Virus record (IMG/VR): IMGVR_UViG_3300007616_000002
Location: 1 to 64,000 of that record
DNA from: a virus
Direction: 5' to 3' (one strand)
Length of the DNA: 64,000 bases
This document shows positions 19,593 to 29,982 of the stretch, in pieces (positions within the stretch are counted from its first letter, which is position 1; each line of letters opens with the position of its first letter). The position numbers and the translations under genes are program-made. The notes below the pieces were generated by a model. The model was not told the origin of the DNA, ran no database searches, and was given only the letters and a program-made list of their open reading frames with translations.

Positions 19593-20374
19593 GCTGGAAT
19601 AAAGTTTCCAAGTCAGAGTGTACCGGTGCTCTGGTTCAGGCGAAGCAGGAGTTGGGTGAGTCGCCCAGCGTGTCCCAGTACCGTGAGTTGGACCTACAAC
19701 CAACAGTCTACACCATGCAAAATAAATTCGGTTCGTGGAACAAGGCGAAAAGGGCCGCTGGCCTGCAAGCTTGCACCAACCGTGTTGTGAGTGATGACGA
19801 GATAAGCATTGCCATCAACCTGTACGCAGGTGGACTGTCAGTCCGGGAGGTTGCTGATGAGTTAGAAGTCCAACCACAGACAATCCATTACCACCTTCAG
19901 AATGAGGGGGTTACCGAGTCCATCTCTGAGGCTCTAAAAGGACGTGACCATAGCTGGGGAGACAAGATTTCGCAATCTCTGGAAGGTCATGAGGTTAGCG
20001 AATCAACTCGTGAGAAGATTTCAGAGACCCATACCGGGAAAGAGCCTTGGAACAAGGGAAAAACGAAGAAATCCCACCCAGACGAAATCGACTACGGGCG
20101 CTCAGGTGAAGCGCACCATGCTTGGAAGGGTGGTATTAGTAGTGAGTTGAACCGACTGCGACAAACACCTGAGTACAAGGAATGGCGTAAGTCAGTGTTC
20201 GAGCGTGACAACTGGACATGCCAAGATTGCGGTCAGAGAGGCGGTGAATTGAACGCGCATCATATCAAATCATTTGCGGAGAACGAAGACCTTCGGTTTG
20301 ACGTAGATAACGGAGAGACACTATGCAAGGAACATCATATCGAGCGACACATGACGGAGGAGAGAAATGAGTAA
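19589..20374 (+). CDS. HNH homing endonuclease (HEG repeat + HTH + NUMOD3-like) splitting TROVE
   Basis: KFGSWNKAK, HTH, REKISETHTGK, WRKSVFERDNWTCQDCG..LNAHHI...NGETLCKEHH. Confidence 0.9.
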   Translation: MSWNKVSKSECTGALVQAKQELGESPSVSQYRELDLQPTVYTMQNKFGSWNKAKRAAGLQACTNRVVSDDEISIAINLYAGGLSVREVADELEVQPQTIHYHLQNEGVTESISEALKGRDHSWGDKISQSLEGHEVSESTREKISETHTGKEPWNKGKTKKSHPDEIDYGRSGEAHHAWKGGISSELNRLRQTPEYKEWRKSVFERDNWTCQDCGQRGGELNAHHIKSFAENEDLRFDVDNGETLCKEHHIERHMTEERNE

Positions 20375-21374
20375 CAAGAGCCGTGAGTTCAGCTACCGAG
20401 ACCTGATGAATCTCGTCCATCCCAAGCCCCGAGACGACCTTCGGAAAGAGCTATTCAAGCGGATTGCACTCGGTGAACTGGACGACCACCCCGAGGTCGA
20501 GCCGCTGAAACAGCACCGGACGTGGGAGGATACCATGTCGAACGACGATGACGACCGCTCGGAGGCAGAAAAGTTCCACGACCGGCTAGACGATATGGGC
20601 CTCTTCGCCAAGATTCGGAACGTCCGGAACATGCTTGAGGCTGGGCTGGAGCCCGAGGTAATCCTCACAGACGAGGACCTCGATTCTGTTCCCCACGTCA
20701 AGCTGTTCCCGTTCCGCTTCTACCAAGCGTACAAGGCTGTAAAAGACGCTGGGTACCGCTCGACGTATCTCGATGTGTGGTTCGAGAACGCCATCGACCG
20801 GTCTGTCGAAAACGTTCCCGAGGAGTTCGGAGACACCTATGTAGCGGCTGACACCTCCGGGTCGATGACGTGGACGCCCATCTCCGATAACTCGGACCTT
20901 ACCCCGATGGAGATAGGGGCGCTCTTCGGCGCTGTGTGCGGTTCGAAGGGCGCAAAGGTGTCTGCCTTCGCAAGTACCCACGAAGACGTTCAGTTCCACG
21001 CTGGCGAGCCTGTGCTCTCGATTCAGGACCGCATCAAGGAGGCCCCCGCAGGCGGCGGGACACACGGGTACAAAGTTCTCAAGACACTCCGTCAACGAGG
21101 AGAGAGTTGGGAGAACGTCGCACTCTTCACGGACACCCAACTTTGGGGCGGCTCGCTGAAGGAGGAGTGGGACAAGTACATGCAGGAGGTCAATCCCAAC
21201 GCGAGCCTCTACATCGTAGACCTCGCAAGTTACGGCGACCTCGTGGTTCCCGAGGGGTACGATTCGGTCTATCGAGTGTCGGGTTGGAATGAGAACATCG
21301 TAAAGCACATCCGGTACGCATCGGAAACGGATGCCGCGATTCAGGAAGTCGAATCTGTCGGCTCTCCTGAGTAG
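20367..21374 (+). CDS. TROVE/Ro60 C-terminal half with vWA domain
   Basis: RDLMNLVHPKP, TWE, IRNVRNM, FPFRFYQAY, MIDAS DTSGSM, GGGT, FTDTQ, VSGWNE. Confidence 0.9.
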   Translation: MSNKSREFSYRDLMNLVHPKPRDDLRKELFKRIALGELDDHPEVEPLKQHRTWEDTMSNDDDDRSEAEKFHDRLDDMGLFAKIRNVRNMLEAGLEPEVILTDEDLDSVPHVKLFPFRFYQAYKAVKDAGYRSTYLDVWFENAIDRSVENVPEEFGDTYVAADTSGSMTWTPISDNSDLTPMEIGALFGAVCGSKGAKVSAFASTHEDVQFHAGEPVLSIQDRIKEAPAGGGTHGYKVLKTLRQRGESWENVALFTDTQLWGGSLKEEWDKYMQEVNPNASLYIVDLASYGDLVVPEGYDSVYRVSGWNENIVKHIRYASETDAAIQEVESVGSPE

Positions 21375-21412
21375 TCGGAACACTTTTAACCCATCCGTTG
21401 CAATAAACGGAT

Positions 21413-22120
21413 ATGAGTTCAATCGAGAGCGTAGAAAACGTTGAAGAGCGAAAGGTAATTGCGGTTGATTTTGACAAAACCCTCACGACTGGAGAGGGTG
21501 CCGACTTTTGGGAAGACGACGAGAAAGAGTATCCCAACGAAGAAGTTATTGACTGGGTGAAAGAGATGTATCACAACGGACACGTCATCATTATCCATAC
21601 CGCCCGACAGTGGGAACAGGCTTCTACTGTCGAATCGTACTTAGTCAAGTGGAACGTTGAGTACCATGGACTACGCTGTAACAAGACCGGTGCTGACCTC
21701 TATGTTGACGATAAGGCTGAAAACGTCGAGAAGGTATCAAATTCGAATGAGGAAACTTCTGTAGTCGGAAAAGAGTCAGTCTCTGAGAAAAAGTGTGATA
21801 TATGCTCAGAGAAGTTCTCGACGGACGATAATCGGACAGTGTGTAGTAAACACGGTGCTTTCTCAACTACCGAAAAGGAAGATGAAGACGGAGAAGACAA
21901 ATACATTGGAGAGGTGACATTCTTCAATGATACTGGTGGTTATGGGTTTGTCGAAGCAAAGGGTCTCGATAAAGAGGTGTTCTTCCATATGGAAGACCAC
22001 GATTTTCCGGAACCGGAAGAAGGATACAAAGCCGTGTTCGAGGTCGAACAGCACGAAAAGGGTCCGCGGGTTGAGAAGTTCCACGAGTTAAACACCAACG
22101 TTTACTTCACGAAAGAGTAG
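21413..22120 (+). CDS. HAD-family phosphatase fused to a C-terminal cold-shock domain
   Basis: AVDFDKTL, HTAR, LYVDDK; GEVTFFNDTGGYGFVE...EVFFH...GPR. Confidence 0.85.
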   Translation: MSSIESVENVEERKVIAVDFDKTLTTGEGADFWEDDEKEYPNEEVIDWVKEMYHNGHVIIIHTARQWEQASTVESYLVKWNVEYHGLRCNKTGADLYVDDKAENVEKVSNSNEETSVVGKESVSEKKCDICSEKFSTDDNRTVCSKHGAFSTTEKEDEDGEDKYIGEVTFFNDTGGYGFVEAKGLDKEVFFHMEDHDFPEPEEGYKAVFEVEQHEKGPRVEKFHELNTNVYFTKE

Positions 22121-22158
22121 TCGAAATACTTTTAACCCGCCCGGTCATCTTATCGGGT

Positions 22159-23094
22159 ATGAGTGAACCCCACCATTGGCCGCTTCATGCTGTCAAAGAA
22201 TTTGAAAACCAGCATGATATAGACGTTATCGAGATTCGAGACTTTGGCTCCCGTTCGAACAATATGGATGGTCCCGACTCCGACAGGGATGCAATGTTCA
22301 TATTCGACCAGCCCGCACTGGCGCACAAAACACTCGGTAACGAGGTCGACACGATTCATACCGAAAAGTATGACGTTGACTTCCACGGATGGAATCTTCG
22401 GAAATTCGCCAGCCTGCTCTCCGATTCGAACCCGCAGGCGCTCGATTTCCTTAACTCAGAGATTCAGTACCATACCGCAGAGCCGAAACACGCCATCAGT
22501 GAGCAACTTGAAGACCTTCGACTGTACGCAAATCGGAACTTCAATCCGATTCGACTCTACATGCACAACCGGTCGAAGGCCAAATCGAACTACGAGAAGT
22601 ACGTTCTCCGAAAACTCATCGGACAGAACGGAGAGAGTGGCCAGTATATCATCGAAGGAGAAACGGATGAAAAATACGAGGTCACACCCAAAGGGGAAGA
22701 CGCAAACCCGTACAACAGCATAGGAAAGAATAACGTCGGTGACGGAGAGAAGTTCCGACTAGCAACCACTGACCGGACAATTCGGCGTAACCTGAAGGTC
22801 ATTCAAGTGGTTCTCTATGCCCGTCACATCCGCAGAAGTAAGTCGCTTCCGCAGATGGACTTTGAGGAGTTCCTTGAGCACAGTGTCGATTCTACCATTC
22901 AAGAGCGCGTCATGGACCTGCTGGAGATGAAACGAAAGGGTGAGGGAGATATGGAAGCAGGAAACCCCTTCGAAGACCTCATTGAGAGTGAAATCAACTA
23001 CGACGTTGACCATCAGAACCTCAACCAAGCAGGTATAGACCGTGAGATAGTCAATCAGTTCATCCTCGACATAGACGGTCTGCTCTACCGGTAA
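22159..23094 (+). CDS. RlaP-like Pol-beta nucleotidyltransferase
   Basis: FGSRSNNMDGPDSDRD, GWNLRKF..LL..SNPQALDFLNS. Confidence 0.8.
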   Translation: MSEPHHWPLHAVKEFENQHDIDVIEIRDFGSRSNNMDGPDSDRDAMFIFDQPALAHKTLGNEVDTIHTEKYDVDFHGWNLRKFASLLSDSNPQALDFLNSEIQYHTAEPKHAISEQLEDLRLYANRNFNPIRLYMHNRSKAKSNYEKYVLRKLIGQNGESGQYIIEGETDEKYEVTPKGEDANPYNSIGKNNVGDGEKFRLATTDRTIRRNLKVIQVVLYARHIRRSKSLPQMDFEEFLEHSVDSTIQERVMDLLEMKRKGEGDMEAGNPFEDLIESEINYDVDHQNLNQAGIDREIVNQFILDIDGLLYR

Positions 23095-23122
23095 GAGAAG
23101 TAAACACACTGATTCATTACCC

Positions 23123-23308
23123 GTGATTGAACCCACAAACGTAGACATTGGCGATTGGCTTACAGTATCTGACAAAGACTCCCGGTACAACGGTGAGCAA
23201 GGGCGAGTGCTTGCAATCTACGAAGACCACCTGATACTGGAGATTCCCGAGGAGAACGGGTGGTCGATTACCCTTGACTTCGACCTCGGCCAGCTTTCAC
23301 GAGCGTAG
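23123..23308 (+). CDS. small SH3/KOW-like protein
   Basis: IGDWLTV...RYNGEQGRV pattern. Confidence 0.45.
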   Translation: MIEPTNVDIGDWLTVSDKDSRYNGEQGRVLAIYEDHLILEIPEENGWSITLDFDLGQLSRA

Positions 23309-23393
23309 CACACGGCGTGTGTTTGTCTTCTTTTGGTAGTCAAAGGGGTCACCCGGAAAGTTTATAATCCCCCCGAACCAAAAGTCTAACAGA

Positions 23394-25328
23394 ATGAGCA
23401 CAGGAGAGTTTAGCTTTGGCGACAAAGCAACCGAAACTGCCACAGAATCTTCTAACCCTAACTCTGAGGCAGAGACGGAGCTTGGTGATTTTGAGGACGC
23501 TGAGACCACCTCTGATGAGGTCGAAGAAAACGTAGGTTCTGAGGAGCCCGACGAAGCGGCCAGTTCTGAGCCTGAGTACAACTATACCCTCCATAGTAAC
23601 GTTATAGAGGACCTTGTAATGTACTCTCGGTCCGCGCAGGCAAAGAACGAGCCGCAGTTTGTTTTGACGACGCTGGGTTATCTTACCGGTCTGATGGAAA
23701 ACCCGCACCATTACGTTTCTGGTGTCATTATTGGAACATCTTCTTCAGGGAAAACGCATATGCAGGACAAAGTGGAGAAGTTGTTCCCCGAAGATTGGAT
23801 GTATAACTTTACCACGGGGTCGGACCAGACACTCGCCTACGACAGTGAGTGGGATGAGAGTCGTATCGCATCACTGGACGAGCTTAATAAGGTCTCTGAG
23901 GAACTGACGGAGATTCTGAAGTCCGTTCACGGCGGTGACGAGAAGTTCAAGCGGAAGGTCGTTCAGGACTGGCGAAATGAGGAGATGAAGACACTCGAAC
24001 GTGAGGCTCTCCCGTACTGGTTCCTGTTCGCACAATTCGACAGTGACTTCGAACTCTGGAATCGACTTTTGAAAGTGCCTGTTCACGAGGGTCAGGCAAA
24101 GAATGAGGCCGTGCTGAAGCTCCAGTTCGACCACCACAATATCGAGTTCTCAGACTCACCGTACACGTATGACTTCGAGTTCACCGACGGGAAGATGGCG
24201 CTTCAGGACCACATCGCCAGCCTGCCCAATAACTCGTGGGTCAAACTCCCGGCGGGTGAGGAGAAATTCAACGGGTTTGACGTGGCGTCAACTGTCCAGT
24301 CTATCTTCGACACTCAGCGAAGTGAGACTAACCGTGTTGCGGGTATGGTTGCAAATCTCGTCCGAGCGTCGGCCCTACTAAACCACAAAAACCGAGAGAA
24401 GACGACGATTCACATCCCTAACGAAGGGGAAAAAGACGTTATCGTCGCAGAACCCGAAGACGTTGCGAACATCCTCGCGTGTCGTGACGTTCTTTTGGCA
24501 AGCACACACGAACTCGACCGCAAGAAACAGGCTATCTGTTCTGCTATCGATTCGAAGGGTGGGACCCAGAACATGGCAACCATCCCTGATATTGTAGAGT
24601 ACCTTCGACAGGGTAATGCTCCCATCGTCAGCCGAACGCAGGTCGAGAAAAACCTCAACCAGATGATAGACCACTATCTAATCGAGAGGTATGAGGGGGC
24701 GAGCGAAGACGGTCTCAACATGTACAAGTTCATGGGGTGGCACAACATCGGTGCTATCCGAACTGACGAACAGTTCCAAGAGCGTTTCGAGGGGATTCAG
24801 AACCCGATTACGGGAGAAAACTTCCTCGAAGCCGTCGAGCGCCTCAACGATGACATTCTCCCGGGTGCAAGTGATTTCACACAGGAGGCGACAGTGCAGT
24901 CGGATACGGGAAGTTCTGGTGGACAGGCAACGCTTGGTACATCGGACAGTTCAATCGACCTCGAAGCGCATGAGGAGGCTGTCAGAGCCGCTATGAAGTC
25001 CGCCATCGACGGGGTGAAGTTGGAGAACCTAGACGAGTTCGAGCCGTCCCTGTACGCTATGACTGGCGTTGCCGACCTCGAACACGAGCCGTCTGACCCC
25101 GACCCCGACGTTGAGGATACCATCTTCGACCCGGAAAAGGGTATCTGGAACCGTCCTGACGTGAACGACAACTGGGTCACCTCGGAGAAGGAAGCCTACG
25201 ACGCCGTGAACGAGACCATCACCGACCTCCAGAAGAAGGGTGTCTTCAAGATGGACATTCACGAGACGAACGAGGCAACTGAAGCTGTCGAAGCGACTGT
25301 CTCTGTGATGAGCAAGGACCAGCTATGA
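23394..25328 (+). CDS. P-loop ATPase with wHTH, probable replicative helicase-like protein
   Basis: Walker A GTSSSGKT, Walker B SLDE, Arg-finger-like ELWNR. Confidence 0.65.
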   Translation: MSTGEFSFGDKATETATESSNPNSEAETELGDFEDAETTSDEVEENVGSEEPDEAASSEPEYNYTLHSNVIEDLVMYSRSAQAKNEPQFVLTTLGYLTGLMENPHHYVSGVIIGTSSSGKTHMQDKVEKLFPEDWMYNFTTGSDQTLAYDSEWDESRIASLDELNKVSEELTEILKSVHGGDEKFKRKVVQDWRNEEMKTLEREALPYWFLFAQFDSDFELWNRLLKVPVHEGQAKNEAVLKLQFDHHNIEFSDSPYTYDFEFTDGKMALQDHIASLPNNSWVKLPAGEEKFNGFDVASTVQSIFDTQRSETNRVAGMVANLVRASALLNHKNREKTTIHIPNEGEKDVIVAEPEDVANILACRDVLLASTHELDRKKQAICSAIDSKGGTQNMATIPDIVEYLRQGNAPIVSRTQVEKNLNQMIDHYLIERYEGASEDGLNMYKFMGWHNIGAIRTDEQFQERFEGIQNPITGENFLEAVERLNDDILPGASDFTQEATVQSDTGSSGGQATLGTSDSSIDLEAHEEAVRAAMKSAIDGVKLENLDEFEPSLYAMTGVADLEHEPSDPDPDVEDTIFDPEKGIWNRPDVNDNWVTSEKEAYDAVNETITDLQKKGVFKMDIHETNEATEAVEATVSVMSKDQL

Positions 25329-25752
25329 AGGAAGAAAAAGTTAACGTTAATATTAACGTGACTGATACAGACGAAAATGGAAATCAACTCGTGGTTATAA
25401 GTGTCAACGGTGACGTTACAAAGAGCGAGGTAGAGGAAGGTAAGAGCTATGCAATTTCTATCAAAAAGACTGTTGAAGTAGAACAAACAGATGGAGTGAT
25501 TGCGGCCGTCAAAGAACTGCTGGGTTTGTACTAGAGCCCACAACATTTATAACCCACCCGTCCCAAATACGGGTGAATGAATACTAACGAAGGTTCTGGT
25601 CTACGTGGTGCTCTCTCGGAAGCCGAACGAGAGCGTGAGGCAGTAAAACAAATGTTTCGAGAGGATACCGGTGCTGATTCTGTTCGATTAGAACACAGTA
25701 ACATGGGTACTACTGTCCATCTCGTCTTCCGGAAGGATGGTGATGGTGAACT

Positions 25753-26370
25753 ATGAGTGATAAGATTATCTATGCACTGACAGGTCTTCCCGGAGTTGGG
25801 AAATCGTCCGTGGCCGAGCGGCTCGCAAACTCCGGAAAGCTCCCCATTGTGAATATGGGTGAGGAGATGAAAAAGCAGTATCAGTCTATGCCCATCTCAG
25901 GCCATCATGATGATGTTCCGCAAGGAACGTGGGAGATGGCCCAAGCACTTCGTGACAAGTTCGGTCCTGAGGGCCCGGCAGTAGCGTCTGTATCTCGTGT
26001 TGGTGCCGCTCTTGTTGAGCATGACCGTGTTGTCGTTGACGGTATCCGAAGCATCGATGAAGTGTGGCTATTCTCTGACATGTTTATCGATGCAGACGTA
26101 CATCTCATCAAAGTCACAGCCGACTATGACACCCGTCTCGACCGGTTCTATGACCGAGGAGACTACGCTCGGTATGATGTGATGAGTGGCTCCACACAGC
26201 GTGTGTTGGCTGAAAAAGACATGAACGACCGGACGGAAAGAGAAGCCGAAGAGGGACTCCGTAACGCAATTGAGGAAGCTGAGTATGAAATAGATAACAG
26301 CGGGTCTCTGAAAGACGCAGAAGAACAGTGTCTTGACCTTCTGGATGAGCTAGACCCTATTCACGGGTGA
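25753..26370 (+). CDS. NMP/dephospho-CoA kinase-like P-loop kinase
   Basis: ALTGLPGVGKS, VVDGIRSIDE, IDNSGSL. Confidence 0.8.
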   Translation: MSDKIIYALTGLPGVGKSSVAERLANSGKLPIVNMGEEMKKQYQSMPISGHHDDVPQGTWEMAQALRDKFGPEGPAVASVSRVGAALVEHDRVVVDGIRSIDEVWLFSDMFIDADVHLIKVTADYDTRLDRFYDRGDYARYDVMSGSTQRVLAEKDMNDRTEREAEEGLRNAIEEAEYEIDNSGSLKDAEEQCLDLLDELDPIHG

Positions 26371-26374
26371 TACA

Positions 26375-26818
26375 ATGAATACGATGAAAGACCTCAAGCA
26401 AGAGGTTCTCAGCCGTCTTCAGCATCTTGACGGGCGGTACTTCGAATCCATCAGTACCATCTCAATCGAAGAAATGCTGGGAATTGTGGAGATAGAGGAG
26501 AAATATCATCCAGATATTATCAACGGCTCGTTACTCGATTTGGAGCACGAGTTCTGGGACGACTACATCCGAGAAATGCACTCAGAGAGAGCAATTATTG
26601 AAGAGTGTGACGTAGCAATCCGTCTCCTGAAAGACGAGGGGAAATTCAGAATGGTCGAGCCTGTTGACGAAGAATTGACAGGAACAACTGTCTACGTAGA
26701 GCAGTCTCACAAGAGTACTCAGGATTTTGACATTGAGGTTGAGGAAGAAGCAAACAGCGCCGTTCTCCGTATCACCACCGAAAAAGGAGTATACGGCGTT
26801 GTCATGAAACCGTTGTAG
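26375..26818 (+). CDS. hypothetical protein
   Basis: Acidic operon ORF. Confidence 0.65.
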   Translation: MNTMKDLKQEVLSRLQHLDGRYFESISTISIEEMLGIVEIEEKYHPDIINGSLLDLEHEFWDDYIREMHSERAIIEECDVAIRLLKDEGKFRMVEPVDEELTGTTVYVEQSHKSTQDFDIEVEEEANSAVLRITTEKGVYGVVMKPL

Positions 26819-26862
26819 CTATCACAACCCTTAATACGTACCCGACTAAAGAAGAAGGTACG

Positions 26863-27486
26863 ATGAGCAAAACACACGACCCGCGAGAAGGATTGACTCA
26901 TGATATAGTTGAAGGTCAAGTGTACGGTGACAAGCGTCAAGCGAACTATGACGGTGACGTAATCGAAGGATATGACGAGCGCCTTCGACTCGTTTACGTG
27001 GACGATGAACGAGTTCTGCTCCGGTCTAACGATACCATTGACCGAGGGAATCACATTGGACGCCATCACTACCGCTGTGAGCACCGTGAGACGTTCGAGA
27101 AGAACGCAGGCGCTGGACGATACCAACTGCTTGAAGAGCCCACAGACCCGCCGAGAATGCCGACTGACGGTGTATCATCGACTCTCACTGTGTTGAAGCG
27201 TCTCCAAAGCATGGAGCAAAACGAAGCACAGTCTGGCGGTGGTCGGAAATCGAAACATCGACTTGAGGCGTTTACAGATGCAATCGAAGCCATCTCCGAG
27301 ATGGACCCCACCTCAATCGACTGGTCATCAATCAATGGTGTCGGTAACAAGACAGCCGAGAACCTCAATGAAGCGGGGTTCGAGACCGACGTTGATGTAC
27401 AATCTGCCTCGGATGAGCAGTTGCTTGATGTGGGTGGTGTTGGGTCAAAGAATCTGAAGAACATCAAGGAGGTTGCAGGACTCTAA
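26863..27486 (+). CDS. protein with C-terminal helix-hairpin-helix domain
   Basis: INGVGNKTAENL...LLDVGGVGSK. Confidence 0.75.
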   Translation: MSKTHDPREGLTHDIVEGQVYGDKRQANYDGDVIEGYDERLRLVYVDDERVLLRSNDTIDRGNHIGRHHYRCEHRETFEKNAGAGRYQLLEEPTDPPRMPTDGVSSTLTVLKRLQSMEQNEAQSGGGRKSKHRLEAFTDAIEAISEMDPTSIDWSSINGVGNKTAENLNEAGFETDVDVQSASDEQLLDVGGVGSKNLKNIKEVAGL

Positions 27487-27758
27487 TGGACAAAACTGAA
27501 CGACTTCGCAACGCAGACTTCCTCCAAATTGCTGTTCACTTGCTTGAGAGCGGCGAGCTTCAGAGTGCAGAGGAAGCAATCTTCGATGTTGCGATGGAAC
27601 TCCACTATACGGAGTATGACCGCCAAGCAAACACACTGCTCGGTGCGGCTTATCATGTTCACTTCGGCCGGGTCGAACGAGCACAGCGTTTCGTGGGTGA
27701 GGTCTTTGAGTGTCTGACTCAAGGACTTCTGACTTCGGTTGAGCGACCTGCGCTTTAG
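27486..27758 (+). CDS. hypothetical protein
   Basis: TAATG-coupled. Confidence 0.55.
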   Translation: MDKTERLRNADFLQIAVHLLESGELQSAEEAIFDVAMELHYTEYDRQANTLLGAAYHVHFGRVERAQRFVGEVFECLTQGLLTSVERPAL

Positions 27759-28010
27759 CCGTAAGGTTTAAGACCCACCCGACTCTATTTTGTGGTAAGT
27801 AATGAGCGAAGAAACTTGTCTTGACTGCGGTAAGCCTCTAGGTAGTACGATTGTGAAGTGCCACGACTGCGGTGGGAAGAGTCGTCGCGGTGGGAAGGCT
27901 ATTGCTCCCCATCAATGGCAAATGCTTCTGGGCGTCGAGCCTCAGAATCTCAAGAATCTTGACTACGACTCTCGGAAGTACGGAACCGACGCGTGGGAGG
28001 AGTCTCATTA

Positions 28011-28730
28011 ATGGAGGTGGAAGTAATCGAAGAGGCCACTTCACCTGAGCCTGAGAAGGCTGTTGCACTCGGAGCACGAAACGACTACTACTCGGGTAAC
28101 ATTACGGACGACGACTTTGAGGAGGTTATGAGCGCCATTGAAGGCGACGAAATCGATGAGAAGCTGTACAACCTCCTCGTAGAAGAACTACTTCAGAAAG
28201 AGCACTACGGTCCGTTCGAGCACCCGCAAATCATGTTTCACGTCGAGGGCATGAGCCGTGTCACGATGGCTCAGATTACCCGCCATCGACACATGTCTTT
28301 CGACATTCAGTCGATGCGATACGTTGACTTCGAGGACGCGGATATTGCGGTTCCGAAGTCGTTGACTGACGAAGACCACTTCTCTCGGGAGACTGGACTG
28401 GTGTGGGAAGACAACGAGTACGACCCGAGCGATGCCCTTCAAATATTCGAGCGAGCCGTCGACAACTCTGTGACGGCCTATAACGAGATGGTGAAGATGG
28501 GGGTCCCTCGTGAGGATGCTCGATACGTTCTTCCACTTGGTGCGAAGGTCAACGTCACGTTCAGTGGTAACCTCCGGACGATGCTCCACGTTGCGAACAT
28601 GAGAGGGAAGGCAGATGCTCAATGGGAGGTTCGAGAACTGACTGACTGCGTGTGTGAGCACCTCGATGACTGGGCCCCGAGAACGATGAACTACTTCGAT
28701 GAGAAGGGACCGTTTAAGCTGGGGATGTGA
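28011..28730 (+). CDS. thyX: FAD-dependent thymidylate synthase
   Basis: HYGPFEH, QITRHRHMSFDIQSMRY, EDARYVLP, AQWEVR. Confidence 0.95.
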   Translation: MEVEVIEEATSPEPEKAVALGARNDYYSGNITDDDFEEVMSAIEGDEIDEKLYNLLVEELLQKEHYGPFEHPQIMFHVEGMSRVTMAQITRHRHMSFDIQSMRYVDFEDADIAVPKSLTDEDHFSRETGLVWEDNEYDPSDALQIFERAVDNSVTAYNEMVKMGVPREDARYVLPLGAKVNVTFSGNLRTMLHVANMRGKADAQWEVRELTDCVCEHLDDWAPRTMNYFDEKGPFKLGM

Positions 28731-29016
28731 TAGGTTTAAAGCTGTTCGAAAAGTTTAAGTCCCTCCCGAGCATTTTCTCTGATAAGAGAATGCTACTGGA
28801 AATAAAGTACACTGACGGAACGATAAAGCGATTCGGACCGAAAGAAGACGCTGACAACGAACTTTCTTACAAAGTCTTCACGGAGAGTCGATTCTTGGCT
28901 ATCCGAGAGATTACCGACGACGACCCGGATGAAATCGGAGTGGTGGAACGGTACGACACCATTCGGAAAGTCAACCTCGACCTCGTTCGAGAGTACGGCT
29001 TCGTTGATGAGGATAA

Positions 29017-29625
29017 GTGATGATTGGTTGGGCTCTCTTTCTCCTCGATAAGATAACTCGTGGGCCGTCGAGTGGTGTACTTTCGGACAGTGAAATCTGG
29101 GACGAATTTGCTTACTCCGACTTTGATATTCACCCGCTCACCACGGAGCAGGTTCAGCCTGCATCAATCGACCTTCGTCTCGGAAACGACTTCAAGCGTC
29201 TGAAAGCCAATCCGGGGATGGAGACCATTGATACGAGTGAAGATTCAGAACAGAGTTTTGAATCATTTACAGACGACTCCGTGGTCCTCCAGCCCGGGGA
29301 TTGTATCCTCGGGACTACCAAAGAAGTGGTGAACATGCCTGCTCACCTACTGGGTGAGATTGAAGGTCGGTCAAGTCTCGGTCGACTCTTTGTCGAGGTT
29401 CACAAGACCGCAGGAATAATCGACCCCGGATTCAAAGGAGAGATAACCCTTGAGTTAGAAAATTGTGGCCCGAATCCTATTAAACTTCATGAAGGTCAAC
29501 GAGTTTGCCAAATGATTATAACTCGTCTGAATAAACCTTGCGAAGAACCTTACGGTCAAAAGAAAGATACTAAGTACCAAGGACAGACCGGAGCAACTGG
29601 AAGTAGACTCCATCAGGACGCATAA
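29017..29625 (+). CDS. dcd: dCTP deaminase
   Basis: QPASIDLRLG, GRSSLGR, AGIIDPGFKGEITLE, KYQGQ. Confidence 0.93.
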   Translation: MMIGWALFLLDKITRGPSSGVLSDSEIWDEFAYSDFDIHPLTTEQVQPASIDLRLGNDFKRLKANPGMETIDTSEDSEQSFESFTDDSVVLQPGDCILGTTKEVVNMPAHLLGEIEGRSSLGRLFVEVHKTAGIIDPGFKGEITLELENCGPNPIKLHEGQRVCQMIITRLNKPCEEPYGQKKDTKYQGQTGATGSRLHQDA

Positions 29626-29982
29626 CAATGCTCAGATGTGCACGGTGTAGAGATATTATTCGAGGTACGAAATCTGATGGAGTAACGGGGTTTTCTATCT
29701 CATCTAGATTCGCCAGCCGCTCCGGAGACCTGTGTGGGAGTTGCACAGACGACTTCGTTGAGTTCATCGAAGACGACTGATGTACGAGGGAAAAGAGTGC
29801 ATCCGGTGTGGGTCTGAGGAGTTCGAAATAAACGTCATGGCGATGGGTGAGCTAACCCTCGGAGACGTGAACATGGAACGAATAAACGCCGGACTCGACC
29901 CGCTCTGTTGTCTTGAGTGCGTCGAAAAGTGGCCGTCTCCACTCCCGAATTAGCAGAGATTTTTGCTATAGCGTCATACGGT

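Noticed and set aside
19589-20371. Group I intron or precise excision via the ATGAG direct repeat in TROVE
   Set aside because: No non-coding space for an intron core; repeat spacing of 778 nt is not a multiple of 3
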